A DNA stretch of 58,553 nucleotides, counting the filler, from Porpidia crustulata (lineage: Eukaryota), in assembly GCA_964255105.1 (NCBI GenBank). It is 9 parts of 9 records of this genome, joined end to end, with 100 filler letters (N's around TTAATTAATTAA, not from the genome) between each part and the next. Parts side by side here need not be neighbours in the genome. Positions count along the whole stretch, not along the records: positions 1 to 6,429 come from CAXUWE010001545.1; positions 6,530 to 12,957 come from CAXUWE010001546.1; positions 13,058 to 19,479 come from CAXUWE010001547.1; 6 more parts are not named here. One strand, 5' to 3'. The position numbers and the translations under genes were made by a program. The notes under the pieces were generated by a model, which was not told the DNA's origin, made no database searches, and saw only the letters and a program-made list of their open reading frames with translations. Of the stretch, positions 1 to 13,288 are shown in pieces. How positions within the stretch are numbered: the first letter of the stretch is position 1; the number at the start of each line of letters is the position of its first letter.

Positions 1-498
1 GGAGATGGGAAGGGACTTGCTTGTATATCAATTGGAAAGAAGGCGCAGGTTTCAATTGGGAGTTGCGGAGGGCGGGGTTTCCTGTAATGATTATAAAGCG
101 GGACGAGTGAGGTCTTTGTCATATGTGCCATCTATTCGTTACAGCGATGGAACTCGTTTGTGGGATAAGATCCTTGTATTGACTCATGGGCACGGAGTAC
201 TAGTATTGGGGTGATGTCAATGTCATATCTTCCATTGAATGTTGAAACTGCAGGATTGTTACTACTCCGATATCAGCACTACATCACCTCCATGTGCTCC
301 TTTCGGGTACGTCTCCAAGAGCTCCTAAGGCAAAGTCCCTACCAGCGAGAAGTTGGAATATTACGGATCTATGGCACGCGAATAATCAGAGCTTCCAAAT
401 CGAAAGGGGATATCTAACGCAGACGATTCCTTCAACTAGCTCGTATGACTTATGAGGCTAGCATTAAGCACGCTGATAGCTCGAGGTCCTCCGACTTC

Positions 499-1120
499 TC
501 ATGGATTCTCCTCACGGGCCTGGACGAACGCCAGGTAAGCATCGGAAAGCTCTCTGTTTCCCTGAAGGGGTTGTTGACCCCAAAATGTCTTGAGCGAAAT
601 CATGAAACGCTGGAACGCGTCCTCGAGTGCTAGCGATATTGGACCACGAGTCATATCCGCAAGCCGAGTCGCTCTTTCATCGATGGCGGATATCGACAAG
701 TAGTCGCCTCTCTCGCCTATGTTTGATGGTTTAACAATGGGGAATGAGCAGTATAGAGAGGGACTCACGTAGGCTGTCTATATCATCTGGGTCGAGTACA
801 TACAGCTCTTTGTACACCTCTATCTCCATCGTCAAACCTTGAGAGAACAACAGAGAATCTGCCATCGCGTCCCCAGCTTCCGCTGGATTAACATTAGTGG
901 GCATAGTACCCACGATAGGGCGCTGCTCTCTGGCATGCCGTTTGTACGTCATCAGGAATTGTAACCGAATATCCAGGAATCCAGGACATGTTGCTGAAAG
1001 TGTGTGGCTGAGGCGTTTAAAATCCTCAATCTTAATTTTCTGTTCTGCTAATTCACATAGGATCAACTCGGCGGATCTTCGAGCCTGTGCAATCTCGTCA
1101 CGAAGCTTGAGTCTCGCCAT
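499..1120 (-). CDS. Hypothetical fungal protein, 2 exons (1120-769, 716-499)
   Basis: A GTGAGT donor at 768 and a TAG acceptor at 717 (52-nt intron) join two ORF-track ORFs in frame (..DDIDSL/RERGDYLSIS..). The N-terminus is coiled-coil-like, followed by GDAMADSLLF..ELY. The true start is uncertain. Confidence 0.5.
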
Positions 1121-1944
1121 GATCTCATCGCGTGGCCAATCCTTGACTCAATTTCTCGCACGATCCGGCAAGTTTGTGGTCTTTGTGCAAAGTCAGAGAG
1201 AAGAATACCCCTTTTGGATGTCTTCGTCTTCGACGATTGCATTCAAGGTTCTCAGCAAGCGTAGAAGGGAAGAACTTGTTCGTTAGCAGTTCAACATGAA
1301 TATTTAGTAAAGAAAAGATTAGTTGTTCAGGAAGCATCTGCGCGAGGTCTCTCCATTCTGAGAGACAGGAATCAGAGGCCTCTAGGTAGTGGCTCATCTT
1401 TTTTCAGAGAGCGAACAATGAGTCAAATCATCACCATGCAATGAAACATTCATGACTTGTTTGGAATCATGGTGCAATGCTTGCAAACTATCCCAAATCT
1501 GAGACATGTGATGCAGTTTGATAAAGATAAGGTATCTTCGTGAGATACTGCTGCATACAATACCCGATAGTCCAAATGGTACATGCGAACATAAGTGATA
1601 CAAGTCTATGTCTTACCAGGTTGTCCAGATTTTGTTGATGTGGTGAGATGCAACGGATGTTATATGAAAGGGATGGAGTCTCGTGGACGAGGGACTAGTT
1701 ACCTTAGCGTCATGCATGGATGCTGTCAGCCTTGCGATCTGTCGGGAATGCCTTACCGACACCGGGAAAAGCTGCCCTATGTAGCCCACCACTCTTCTTA
1801 CAGTCTACAAAGAATTCTACGATCATTCAGTGCGCATCGCTATACCTACGAGCGCATCCGTTGAGTGTGTTGCACATCATAATCATTACTAAACGACTTC
1901 CTTTCCGTGCCGCTGAAGGGCAGAGAACAGACCACACAAGCAAG

Positions 1945-3084
1945 ATGTCGTTGACGAACTGCCGCTTCTATGAGGAGAAGTACCCGGAGATAGACAGCTT
2001 CGTGATGGTCAACGTATGTGCATTCTATTTCTGAGGCGGTCAAAATAGAGCTGATGGTTGCCAGGTAAAACAAGTATGCACAACCCCCCAAATGCCCTCT
2101 CCAACATCCTTCTAAGTGGAATAGATCGCAGAGATGGGCGCATATGTTAAGCTGTTAGAGTATGACAACATTGATGGCATGATTTTGCTTTCCGAACTCT
2201 CTCGGCGCCGAATACGAAGTATACAAAAACTTATCCGCGTGGGAAGAAACGAGGTTGTGGTAGTGCTGAGGGTAGACAAGGAAAAAGGTACGGAAGGGCC
2301 AGTCAGACCGTGCGAATATATAGTTGATGTCGGATAGGTTACATTGATCTGTCGAAACGAAGAGTGTCACCTGAGGATATCGTCAAATGTGAGGAGCGAT
2401 TCAACAAAGGCAAGATGGTCGCTTCCATAATGCGACATGTGGCCGAAAAGACAAAAACGCCAATGGAGACCCTATATTCAGATATTGGCTGGCCCCTCAA
2501 TAAGAAATATGGACATGCTGTGGATGCGTTCAAGCTTTCAATCACGTGGGTAGCTAGTATATTCTATTCATATATTTACATACTGACGATTATCTAGAAA
2601 CCCAGATGTATGGAATGAAGTCACCTTTCCTAGCGAACTAGTCAAAAACGAGCTCCAATCTTACATTTCACGCCGTCTCACACCTCAACCAACAAAAGTC
2701 CGCGCCGACGTAGAAGTAACATGCTTCGGATACGAAGGGATCGATGCAGTCAAAAACGCCCTTCGCGCCGCCGAAGCCCACAATACACCTGAAACACAGG
2801 TCAAAGTGAAGCTCGTCTCCCCTCCTCTGTATGTCTTGACGTCGCAATGTTTGGAGAAGAGTACAGGTATCACAACACTAGAACATGCAATCAAAGAAAT
2901 CGAAGGAAATATTCGCGCCAACGGTGGGGGATGTGTGACCAAAATGGCGCCTAAGGCGGTGACGGAGAATGATGACGCGGAGTTGCAGGCCTTGATGGAG
3001 AAGAGGGAGAGAGAGAACCAGGAGGTCAGCGGAGACGAGAGTATCAGCGAGAGCGATGAGGGCGTGGTTCCCGAGACAATGTAA
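1945..3084 (+). CDS. SUI2: Translation initiation factor eIF2 alpha subunit (multi-exon, includes 9-nt microexon 2065-2073)
   Basis: [15 protein letters not shown].., [29 protein letters not shown] (the Ser51 phosphosite region), [11 protein letters not shown], acidic C-terminus; canonical introns. Confidence 0.97.
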
Positions 3085-3823
3085 GGCGATATAAGACTAT
3101 GATTGATGCTTCAACGCTAGGAACCTGTCCGTCTCTGAGATGAGCAAAAGTATGTGACAATATTATTCAAGCAATTCCGCCTCATTGCTATGGAGCCACC
3201 GAATAGGAGAAGCCATCAGAGGAGATCATCGTCCCCGAACATGCAGATACGCAATATGCAATAACATATGATGTAGGAGTTCAGAATCCAGCAGCCTATT
3301 GAGGGTTGGCCCCTTTAATAATTTCCAGGTCGGCTCTTAAGGCTATCCATACTGCAATCCGCAACACAAAAGCTGAGGTGAAACAAAAATTCAAATTCAT
3401 ATTTTCAATTCTGGACTTTTGATATCGCGCGGTATGCAGTGAATTACAAGATGATGTAACTGTTAGTTATCATACCACAATCTTGGATTCGTGGAATTTC
3501 CACTCTTGCTCCAAGTCTAGTTGCACAACATAAACCATAATGGACCTTTTAAATGATCTAGGGTTAGGGTTGAATGCGAAGCATGTGATGTTAACGGCCG
3601 TTGCTTGGCTTGCAAGGACCCTGAATGCAGCGACTGCAATCAACTAAATATCTAGTGTAACAACCCTGCGGTACGAACGTCCCACTCACCATTGAGGGGC
3701 AACTAGGAAACATGAAGTCTCGCAAAATGTTCGATTGGTAACTTGAATATTCCAATTCATTGCCAAAGCCTTTCTATCCCGACAATTCGCTCTATTCACC
3801 AGCATCTAAACCCAATCGCGGCG

Positions 3824-5887
3824 ATGGTCCAATGGAACAAGCTCTTCAACTTCAACGACGAGGACCGTAGATTCCGAGATGAGGCTCGTCACCGTATGCC
3901 CTCAATTCCCTCTCTCGCCCAATTGTCCCCTCAGCTAACGCTACAGTCGCACAGTCCTTCCCAGCACCCGCTCCGATCTCCCTCCCTCCTCCCTTCCCCC
4001 TGTCGACGTGACAAAAGTCGCCCTCCGCCTCAAGTACCAAATCGAACAAGTCATCCCTTGTGAGCTTGAAGAATGGAAAATCACCAAAGCCAATTCCCCC
4101 GTTATAACGCATAAAGTTATCCGCACCGCCAAGGAATCCGCCTCCTCGGATCAGCAAGCCTGTATTGTCTACTGCCTACTTGTCTGCTATCGGTGGTTCA
4201 AGCGCCAGGCAATGCTCGAGTTGTGGGACGCCGACTTGCACAATGTGCGCGCGACGGCGTGCGAGGTGCTGGCGAAACAGATTATTGAGAATGAGAAGGA
4301 TCAGACGTATTTGCTGCAGTCCTTGTTACTAAAGCGGTATTCCATACTGATCAACGGCGAGCCCACCCTGCCGGCCAATGCCATCGAGCGCGCCGTCGAT
4401 CTACATGCCTTGCGTGTAATAGGATCCTCGGGATACCAGAAATGCATCACCTACCTTTGGCGCGGCTGGCTAGTCCAATCTGCCGAGGACCCATCTTCTT
4501 TCGTTCCCTGGGCTGAAAAGGCAAATACGGTATACTGGGCACATCTCGACCCCGACCGCATGCGCGCTCCAGAGTACCAGAATGCCGTACAAATATTCTT
4601 CAGCATCCTGTACCTGGCCCTCTATACCGCCGCCATCAACACCATCAACAGCACGGGGGACCTGGATGTTGTAGAGGGGATCCTGTACGTAATGAGCGCA
4701 GGCTTCGTCTTTGACGAAATTTCCAAGTTCTGGAAAGTTGGCCGTTTCTACATTGGCTTCTGGAATGTATTTAATAGCACCCTATACGCCCTTTTGACGG
4801 TTTCTTTCGTCACGCGGTTGGTTGCCCTTAGCCACCCGACCGGGAGCGACGACGATGGCCAACGGAGAAAATTCAACGAGTTGAGCTACAACTTCCTCGC
4901 ATTTAGTGCTCCGATGTTCTGGATGCGCTTGCTGCTGTACCTGGACACGTTCCGTTTCTTCGGTGCAATGCTCGTGGTGCTCAAGGTCATGATGAAGGAA
5001 TCGCTCATCTTCTTTGCGCTACTGGTGATTGTGATGGTGGGCTTCTTGCAGGCGTTCATTGGAATGGACCAAGTCGATGATGATGCGGCGAAAGCGACTA
5101 CGTTCATCCTGCAGGCAATGGCGAACAGTGTGATGCAGAGTCCGGACTTTTCGGGGTTTGAGAAGTTTGCGCCGCCGTTTGGGATTATTTTGTATTATAT
5201 CTTTACGTTCGTGGTTATGGTTGGTATGTTTTTCATGTCTAACGAACGGATGGAATCTATGGTGAAATGAGAGAAGCTGACTGAATGAAATAGTACTACT
5301 GAATATCCTCATCGCCTTGTACAATAGCGCCTATTCGGATATTACCGACAATGCCATTGATGAGTACATGGCTCTCTTCTCCCAAAAGACGATGCAGTTC
5401 GTTCGAGCCCCCGATGAGAATGTCTTTATCGCCCGTAAGCATCAATATCTCTCTAAATCAGAACCCCCCTCCTTCCCTAAAATATATACGAACACTAATA
5501 CCCTCCCTAGCCTTCAACCTCATCGAAATCTTCTGCCTCATCCTCCCCTTCGAATGGTGGCTGCCCACCGCCCGCTACGAGCGCCTCAACAACGCCGTCA
5601 TGGCCCTCGTCTACTCCCCGCTCCTGCTTGTGACCGCCTACATCGAAACCAAGCAAGCCCACCGCGTCAAGCACAACCGGCGCCACGGCGAGCAGGACGA
5701 GGACACCGTGGAGGAGTGGGAACAGATGCTCGGCGCCATGGACATGGAGGCCGACGGGTGGGCGAAGAAGGTGGAGCTGACGCGGCCGAACGTCGAGACG
5801 GACGCGGCGGTGTTGGAGATTAGGGAGTTGAAGGGGCAGGTGAAGGAGCTGAGAGGGCTGGTGGAGGGGATCCGGGGGAGTGGATGA
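3824..5887 (+). CDS. YVC1: Vacuolar TRP-like cation/calcium channel (Yvc1/TRPY1 family), multi-exon
   Basis: KVALRLKYQIEQVIP, RMRAPEYQN, multiple TM helices, FFGAMLVVLKVMMKES, LLNILIALYNSAY, FVRAPDENVF. Confidence 0.93.
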
Positions 5888-6429
5888 TATTGGTATTGGT
5901 AGGTTGTATATATTTTCGGGTTTTTTGTCCTAATGATACGATTTATCTTCAACAAGTTGCCATGAACGTCCTTTTACCCCAAACGCTCCTTCTACTCCCT
6001 CATCTCCATTCTCAGCACCAGCCGCCTATTTCGATTCGGAAGAAAGCGCATCCGACGCTTAAATAACATCAAACCCCTACTCCTCAATTCTACGCTTTCA
6101 TCTCCCTCGCGTCACAATAAATAATCATTTGAAATCTCCAACGCCCTTTGTAACCCCCCCAAGTCGATCCAAGATAAATTGACGGAAAATTCCTAGACGG
6201 CGAGACGGAAGGCGTTTGAGCGGTTTTTTGGTCGTCGAGGTGTAGAGGCATAGGTGTGCTTTTTTTTGTGGGGGGAAGGGGGGGAAAGAGGGGAAAAGTT
6301 ATAATACCAGGGACTGGGAAGAGCAGCGAATTTGGACGCGTGAGGTTGTAAAGCGCGTGTTATTGCTATATCTTGTGATTTCAGGGATTGAAGGAAGCTG
6401 GTAACATATATATATGTATTATATACACC

Positions 6430-6529
6430 NNNNNNNNNNNNNNNNNNNNNNNNNNNNNNNNNNNNNNNNNNNNTTAATTAATTAANNNNNNNNNNNNNNN
6501 NNNNNNNNNNNNNNNNNNNNNNNNNNNNN
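6430..6529. other. Artificial contig linker (N44-TTAATTAATTAA-N44)
   Basis: Six-frame stop spacer flanked by Ns. Confidence 0.99.
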
Positions 6530-7439
6530 AATGTAAACACAACCGCTCACAACATATCAAAAATAAAAAACCATCATTCCTTTTCCAAATCCTTACATCT
6601 CAGATTCCCTTTTGAAAATCTAATCAAACACTCTGACCGTGCATCTATCCACCCATTCCCATTCCCATTCACTCACGCAGCCAGAGAAAACTTGTCAACG
6701 ACACCGAGCAACGGGCTGGCTGGCTGACAATTCTATTATCACCTTTCTGAACATTGCTGCAGGTTCTTTTGACAGCGATTTCCTCGTCATTTCGGGTGCA
6801 AACCTGATAGCTCACGGTGGCATAGCTGGATGGAAGCACCATCGCTACGCTTGAAGATCAAACAAGTCATCATCAAATGTTCATCATTGATTCCGTACTG
6901 TCTGGGGAGATTGACTGGCCAATCACGCATAGAGAAATAGAGTACGAGGCCAGCCGCAAAGCATACACTCCGTAATCTTCGAGGCAATCACCACGTACTC
7001 ACTCCGTAAAACACGACTCTTCAACCGGGGCAAAATTGGGGGTTCAACAGCTACTAGATTGGCTATCTAACCACCTTCACCTACCACCACCACCATCATC
7101 CTCCTCCCTTCAGCCCCACGAAAAAAAACATTCTTACACTCTTTTTCGCCAATTGCCAATCTAATCGAGTAAAATGAAAAAGAGAAGCCCGCACAGCATT
7201 GCCTGACCGCTTACTAGCATCCGCCGACAAATTTCAAAAGGAAAATTATCGCCATCATTCCCAGGGCGACATCGTATCCACATTGCAAACTCGTTGGTAA
7301 CATGAGCCCTTTTGCACTTGCTCGTAGGATGGTCGGAAGCGCTTTCGGCAGGCGCATTGCGATCTTGATGATATGCTATGTTTTGTTAGCCTTGGTTTCG
7401 CTCTGGCGCAGTGCACTTTGCTCATCTCGCCTACACACC

Positions 7440-8991
<1,552 letters not shown>

Positions 8992-10002
8992 AGCGGTAGA
9001 TGAAAAGACGACTGCGAAGGAGTGAGGGGTGGTAAGAGAGCTTAGAGAGTCTGTAGTGTACAGTGACTACAACAAAGAGGTGGGAATGATCAAGTCAAAT
9101 ACTTTGGGTATTGTGTGTTGTCGACGGCGTGGCAGGAAAGGGAGGATAGGGTCGATGTTGGGGGGTGTGGGCTGGAAGCGGCAAGCGAGACTAGCAAAAT
9201 TTACTTGACGCCAAATTGTGGCAGCCGCATTCAACGCTGGGGGGATGGGAGAAGGCGCAGTTCAAATAGAAATACTTGATACCTGGCTGCCTGGCTGTTT
9301 CCAAACAAAGCATTCACTGGCAGCCTACGAAGTACCACTAATCGTTTCTGAGCTGACGCAATTCTCTACAACTCCATCAGGCAGCGACTTGGCACCCATT
9401 CAAGTAAGCAGCTTACGCGCGTCTATTGCCTCCTATGTCTTCCTTGGGAGACCTGTGAGGGATGGACCTATGTTGTTGTCTTGAATCCTACTCTCTTCTG
9501 ATACTCAAGTCCAATTCAAGGACGACGCCGTATTGGAATCCCATCCAACTGTCCGCTCTATCCTTTTGGTTGGCGGGGTGGAATGCCGCTAATCTTCAGC
9601 CTCAGTTGGAGGGGTGATTGTGAGCCAGATCAAGCAACATAATTCTACCGGAGTCGCACGGTCTGATGCACAGTCTCTTGCTAGAGACTAGTATTGTGTA
9701 AAACGAATGACGGTATATCCATCGAGGGACGCATTGTCAGATTCAACATTCTCCATGATAATGCGATGACAGTCAGAAGCTGAAAGAACCTTCGAGTTCT
9801 TTCGTGAATTCCATCAATTTCGAGTCATCGACTATTGTTAAACCTCGTTTTGCTTATCATTCGCAACGATTGCCTTCAGAAATCCTGGAACCAGATGTTC
9901 ATTTAGCTATTGATTAGGTCTTTGTAACGTTTCTAGCCCTTGGACGTCCACTGGCTTTCATTCCACATCTCATCCTTCACGAATCCATAAAACGATACAG
10001 CA

Positions 10003-10711
10003 ATGGATCCTGGAATGAACCAGCTCCTCAAATGGAGTATCGAAAACGCCGATGCTTCACGCAATGACCCGACCGCAAGCACAGACCCGAAAGCTGAGCG
10101 ACCGTCTGGCCGCCCCATCAACGCCGATGCGCTGAATGCTTTACTCGGAGGGCCGACCGATGCAGACATGATGAGAGAGTCCATGGCAGCTATACAGTCT
10201 CCCGACGTATCGCTTGAAAACAAACTCGTTGCGTTCGACAATTTCGAACAGCTCATTGAGAACTTGGATAACGCGAACAACATGGAGCCACTTGGGCTGT
10301 GGACGCCATTGGTGGGGTTATTGAATAACGAAGAGCCAGATGTGAGGAGGATGGCAGCCTGGTGTGTAGGTACGGCCGTGCAGAACAATGTCAGGGCTCA
10401 GGAGCGGGTATGTTACACCTCAGGCAGTACGATCTCTACCGTATGGGATACTTACATGGATTCAGTGCATGGTTGTTGGCGCCATACCTTCACTCGTCAG
10501 GCTTGCGGTCGGAGACACCAACGAGTCGGTACGAAGGAAAGCGATATACGCCCTTTCTAGCGAAATCCGGAACTTCCAACCTGGTCTCAATGAAGCTCTG
10601 AAGAACTTGCCCGACAGTGGCGGACCAAGTGAGAATATAGACGCTGGGGATATGGGATTGATTGATAATATGATGGAGGATTTGAGAGAAAAATCAAAGC
10701 AGAAAGCTTGA
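10003..10711 (+). CDS. FES1: Hsp70 nucleotide exchange factor Fes1 (armadillo repeats), 1 intron near 10409-10465
   Basis: [64 protein letters not shown]. Confidence 0.95.
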
Positions 10712-11103
10712 ATGGAATATGGTCACGAGGAGCATTCGTATCATTGATGGTACGGCGCTAATATGCTTCGAGATTATTTGAGGACGTTGATTTTGAAAAG
10801 GGAGAAACTACCATAGAACAAAGAGATGTGATATATGACACTAAGCAAATACTGCCGTCAAACACTCTGCGCTACTTCAAAATCATATGTGCAATTCATC
10901 TGTCACCATTGCCGACGCAATGACCATGGACGGTCTATACTGTCCGACCATAAATGTTTCGAGAGCATAGGTCTCGTGACTATTTGAGATTTTGCTATCG
11001 AATCGTGATGCCACAATAACAAAGTTTGTAGACTCCCGAACCCCCCCGCCGTGCTTCATAATCTCATGATCCAAGACTGCGCAATCGTTTCAGCAAACGC
11101 GTG

Positions 11104-11977
11104 CTATCGGACTTCTGGTGCAGCCGCAGCGGCGATTTCGTTGTGAATTGGCGTCGCCGCTGTATCCTGCGGTCTCCCTTCAAACAGCCTTCTCCACCAC
11201 ATGGGCGGGTCCAGTGGTCGTTGACCGTCGTGTAGCGATGGGTAGACGTCGCAGAAGAAGTACCACACTGCGAGTCTCTATTAGAATTACTGTGTCTCAG
11301 GTTCTTTGAAGCCGGGGAGCGTCTTACCATGTCCTACGATAACCCCACATATCTCGTCTTTGGGCACACTACCGTGTAACACCAAACTGAACGCCATTAA
11401 CACCCACGGCAGATACGGCGCCGTGAACACCAGCAGCCCCAGGAAACTTAATCTCGTTTCTGGGTTCCGCCGCGACCATATGTAAACTAGGCTGCTGCTC
11501 AGGGCGGAGCCAAGGAAAGGCATGGAGAGGAGGGGCGAGAGGCAGAGAAGGATAGAGGTGGCGTAGACGAGGAGCCAGGAGAAGTGGGCGGGGGAGCGGC
11601 CGGATGATTCTTCGAGGAGGCGGGAATAGCGCTGGAGGAAGAAGACGTGAAAGAGGAGGTCGAGGGAGAGAGGGCCGAAGTAGAGGAAGGTGGTCAGGAG
11701 GCGCCAATACTGTCCAGTTGTGTTAATACCAAAGGACAGTTACAGAGGCACATGTACAAGGATGGGGGGCATCTACCTGGTTCTTTACGAACACAGCTCG
11801 AAAGCTGTAGAATAGCTGAAATGGGGTGATGATGTGGCACTGGACCAGTAGGGAGGTCGCGACAGTAGCAGCGGTCCACCACCGGGTGCAAACGGGCATC
11901 TCGTAGAACCATTGCTCGAGGGGAAATTGGCCAATAGCTCCACCTTGGCCCCCGCCGAGCATGTTGTCCATGTCCAT
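11104..11977 (-). CDS. Derlin (Der1/Derlin-2 family ERAD membrane protein), 3 exons
   Basis: LEQWFYEMPVCTRWW, YWRLLTTFLYFGP, QRYSRLLEE, LVYIWSRRNP, APYLPWV, GH/VWYFFCDVYP; stop TAG at 11106-11104. Confidence 0.93.
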
Positions 11978-12407
11978 GGTGGTGTAGCCAATCACTCAGT
12001 ATCTATATGGCGTGCAGCAAACGAAAACGCTGTATCAATAAGATAATGTTTTATGTGGAAGCTTTAGAAGACGAAACGAGCGTCCGAAGAAGAGCTATCA
12101 TCGTATGTGTCTTTAAACACCTACCCATGATGATGCCAAGCCAGCCCTTTGATTCAAATCCACGCTAAACTGTTGTCGTCTAGGGCGCATAATGCGGCAT
12201 GTCAACACACGCTCGCCCGCCCAATTAAAGGAATTCGAGAGGCTGGGGAGCAGATGCGATCGTGCAGATTGAAGCCATACCACCTCCACAGCACGATACA
12301 GACTCCAGTGATGCTCCTTATACAAACCAATTCCCAAGAGTCTGCAGCAACACCGCTCTATCCACCAAACCACTCACATTGAAAAGGTCCCCACGGCAAA
12401 CACACCA

Positions 12408-12413
12408 ACGCGT
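12408..12413. promoter_or_regulatory. Possible MCB (MBF) cell-cycle box ACGCGT upstream of CENP-A
   Basis: Exact ACGCGT about 135 nt upstream of the CENP-A ATG, with further CGCG motifs nearby. A short motif that could occur by chance. Confidence 0.3.
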
Positions 12414-12545
12414 CGTCAAAGCGCATTCCGCAGGAATCTCTTGGCGCGACACTGCCATTATCCAGTAGGGGTTGTACGGCGCGCTGCGCATTGCGCAACC
12501 TGATACCTCTCTCATCTGGAGCTTCACACCTCCAATTAAACCGCC

Positions 12546-12957
12546 ATGATGGCCGGCCAAACACAAGCGCGACGAGGCCGCCCCTCCGTGGGTGTTCAAC
12601 CCCTCGGCGCGAAACGAGGTCGCCCCTCTCTAGGTGGGGAATCCACCGCCGGCAAATCGATATCGAAAGGGAAGCGGATAAGTAGTGGTGCTCAAGGTAA
12701 GAGACTGCGGTCTTCCGCCTTGGGTCCCTAACTTTCGGCCATCTTCGTACTGCTGCTAGAGTTTTGCTCCAGTGGGGTTATCAGAAGTTCGGCGCTGATG
12801 TTGTACACAACAGCCGACGAACCCGAACCCTCGACTCGCAAACCCCGCCGCTATAAACCCGGCACCCTCGCCCTGCGTGAAATCCGCCGCTACCAACGCT
12901 CCACCGACCTCCTCCTCCTCAAACTTCCGTTCTCCCGCCTTGTACGTCCCTTTCCCC
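12546..12957 (+). CDS. CSE4: Centromeric histone H3 variant CENP-A/CenH3, 3'-truncated by contig end
   Basis: Divergent basic N-tail without ARTKQ, an intron, then [32 protein letters not shown] followed by a GTACGT donor. Confidence 0.88.
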
Positions 12958-13057
12958 NNNNNNNNNNNNNNNNNNNNNNNNNNNNNNNNNNNNNNNNNNN
13001 NTTAATTAATTAANNNNNNNNNNNNNNNNNNNNNNNNNNNNNNNNNNNNNNNNNNNN
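12958..13057. other. Artificial contig linker
   Basis: N44-TTAATTAATTAA-N44. Confidence 0.99.
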
Positions 13058-13288
13058 ACTCGGAGCCATTGGATTCAAAAAAATCAAATTGGTATTCCTG
13101 ATACTGAGAGGAGAGAGACAGAAAGAGACGTCGTAAAGCGCCTTGCTGGGATACTGCTTGCTTCAAGGGGTATTTTTCCTTTCCGAACCGGGACATGTCG
13201 TGAGTAAAGCATAACTGGTTGCAAAATAACAGGACGGCAAACACTCTGGGAATCAGGTGGGGTATTTTCTCTTCATAACAGAGGACGA

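Noticed and set aside
3558..3572. Telomere-like TAGGGTTAGGGTT
   Set aside because: Only about two units, internal and intergenic; at most a transcription-factor site.
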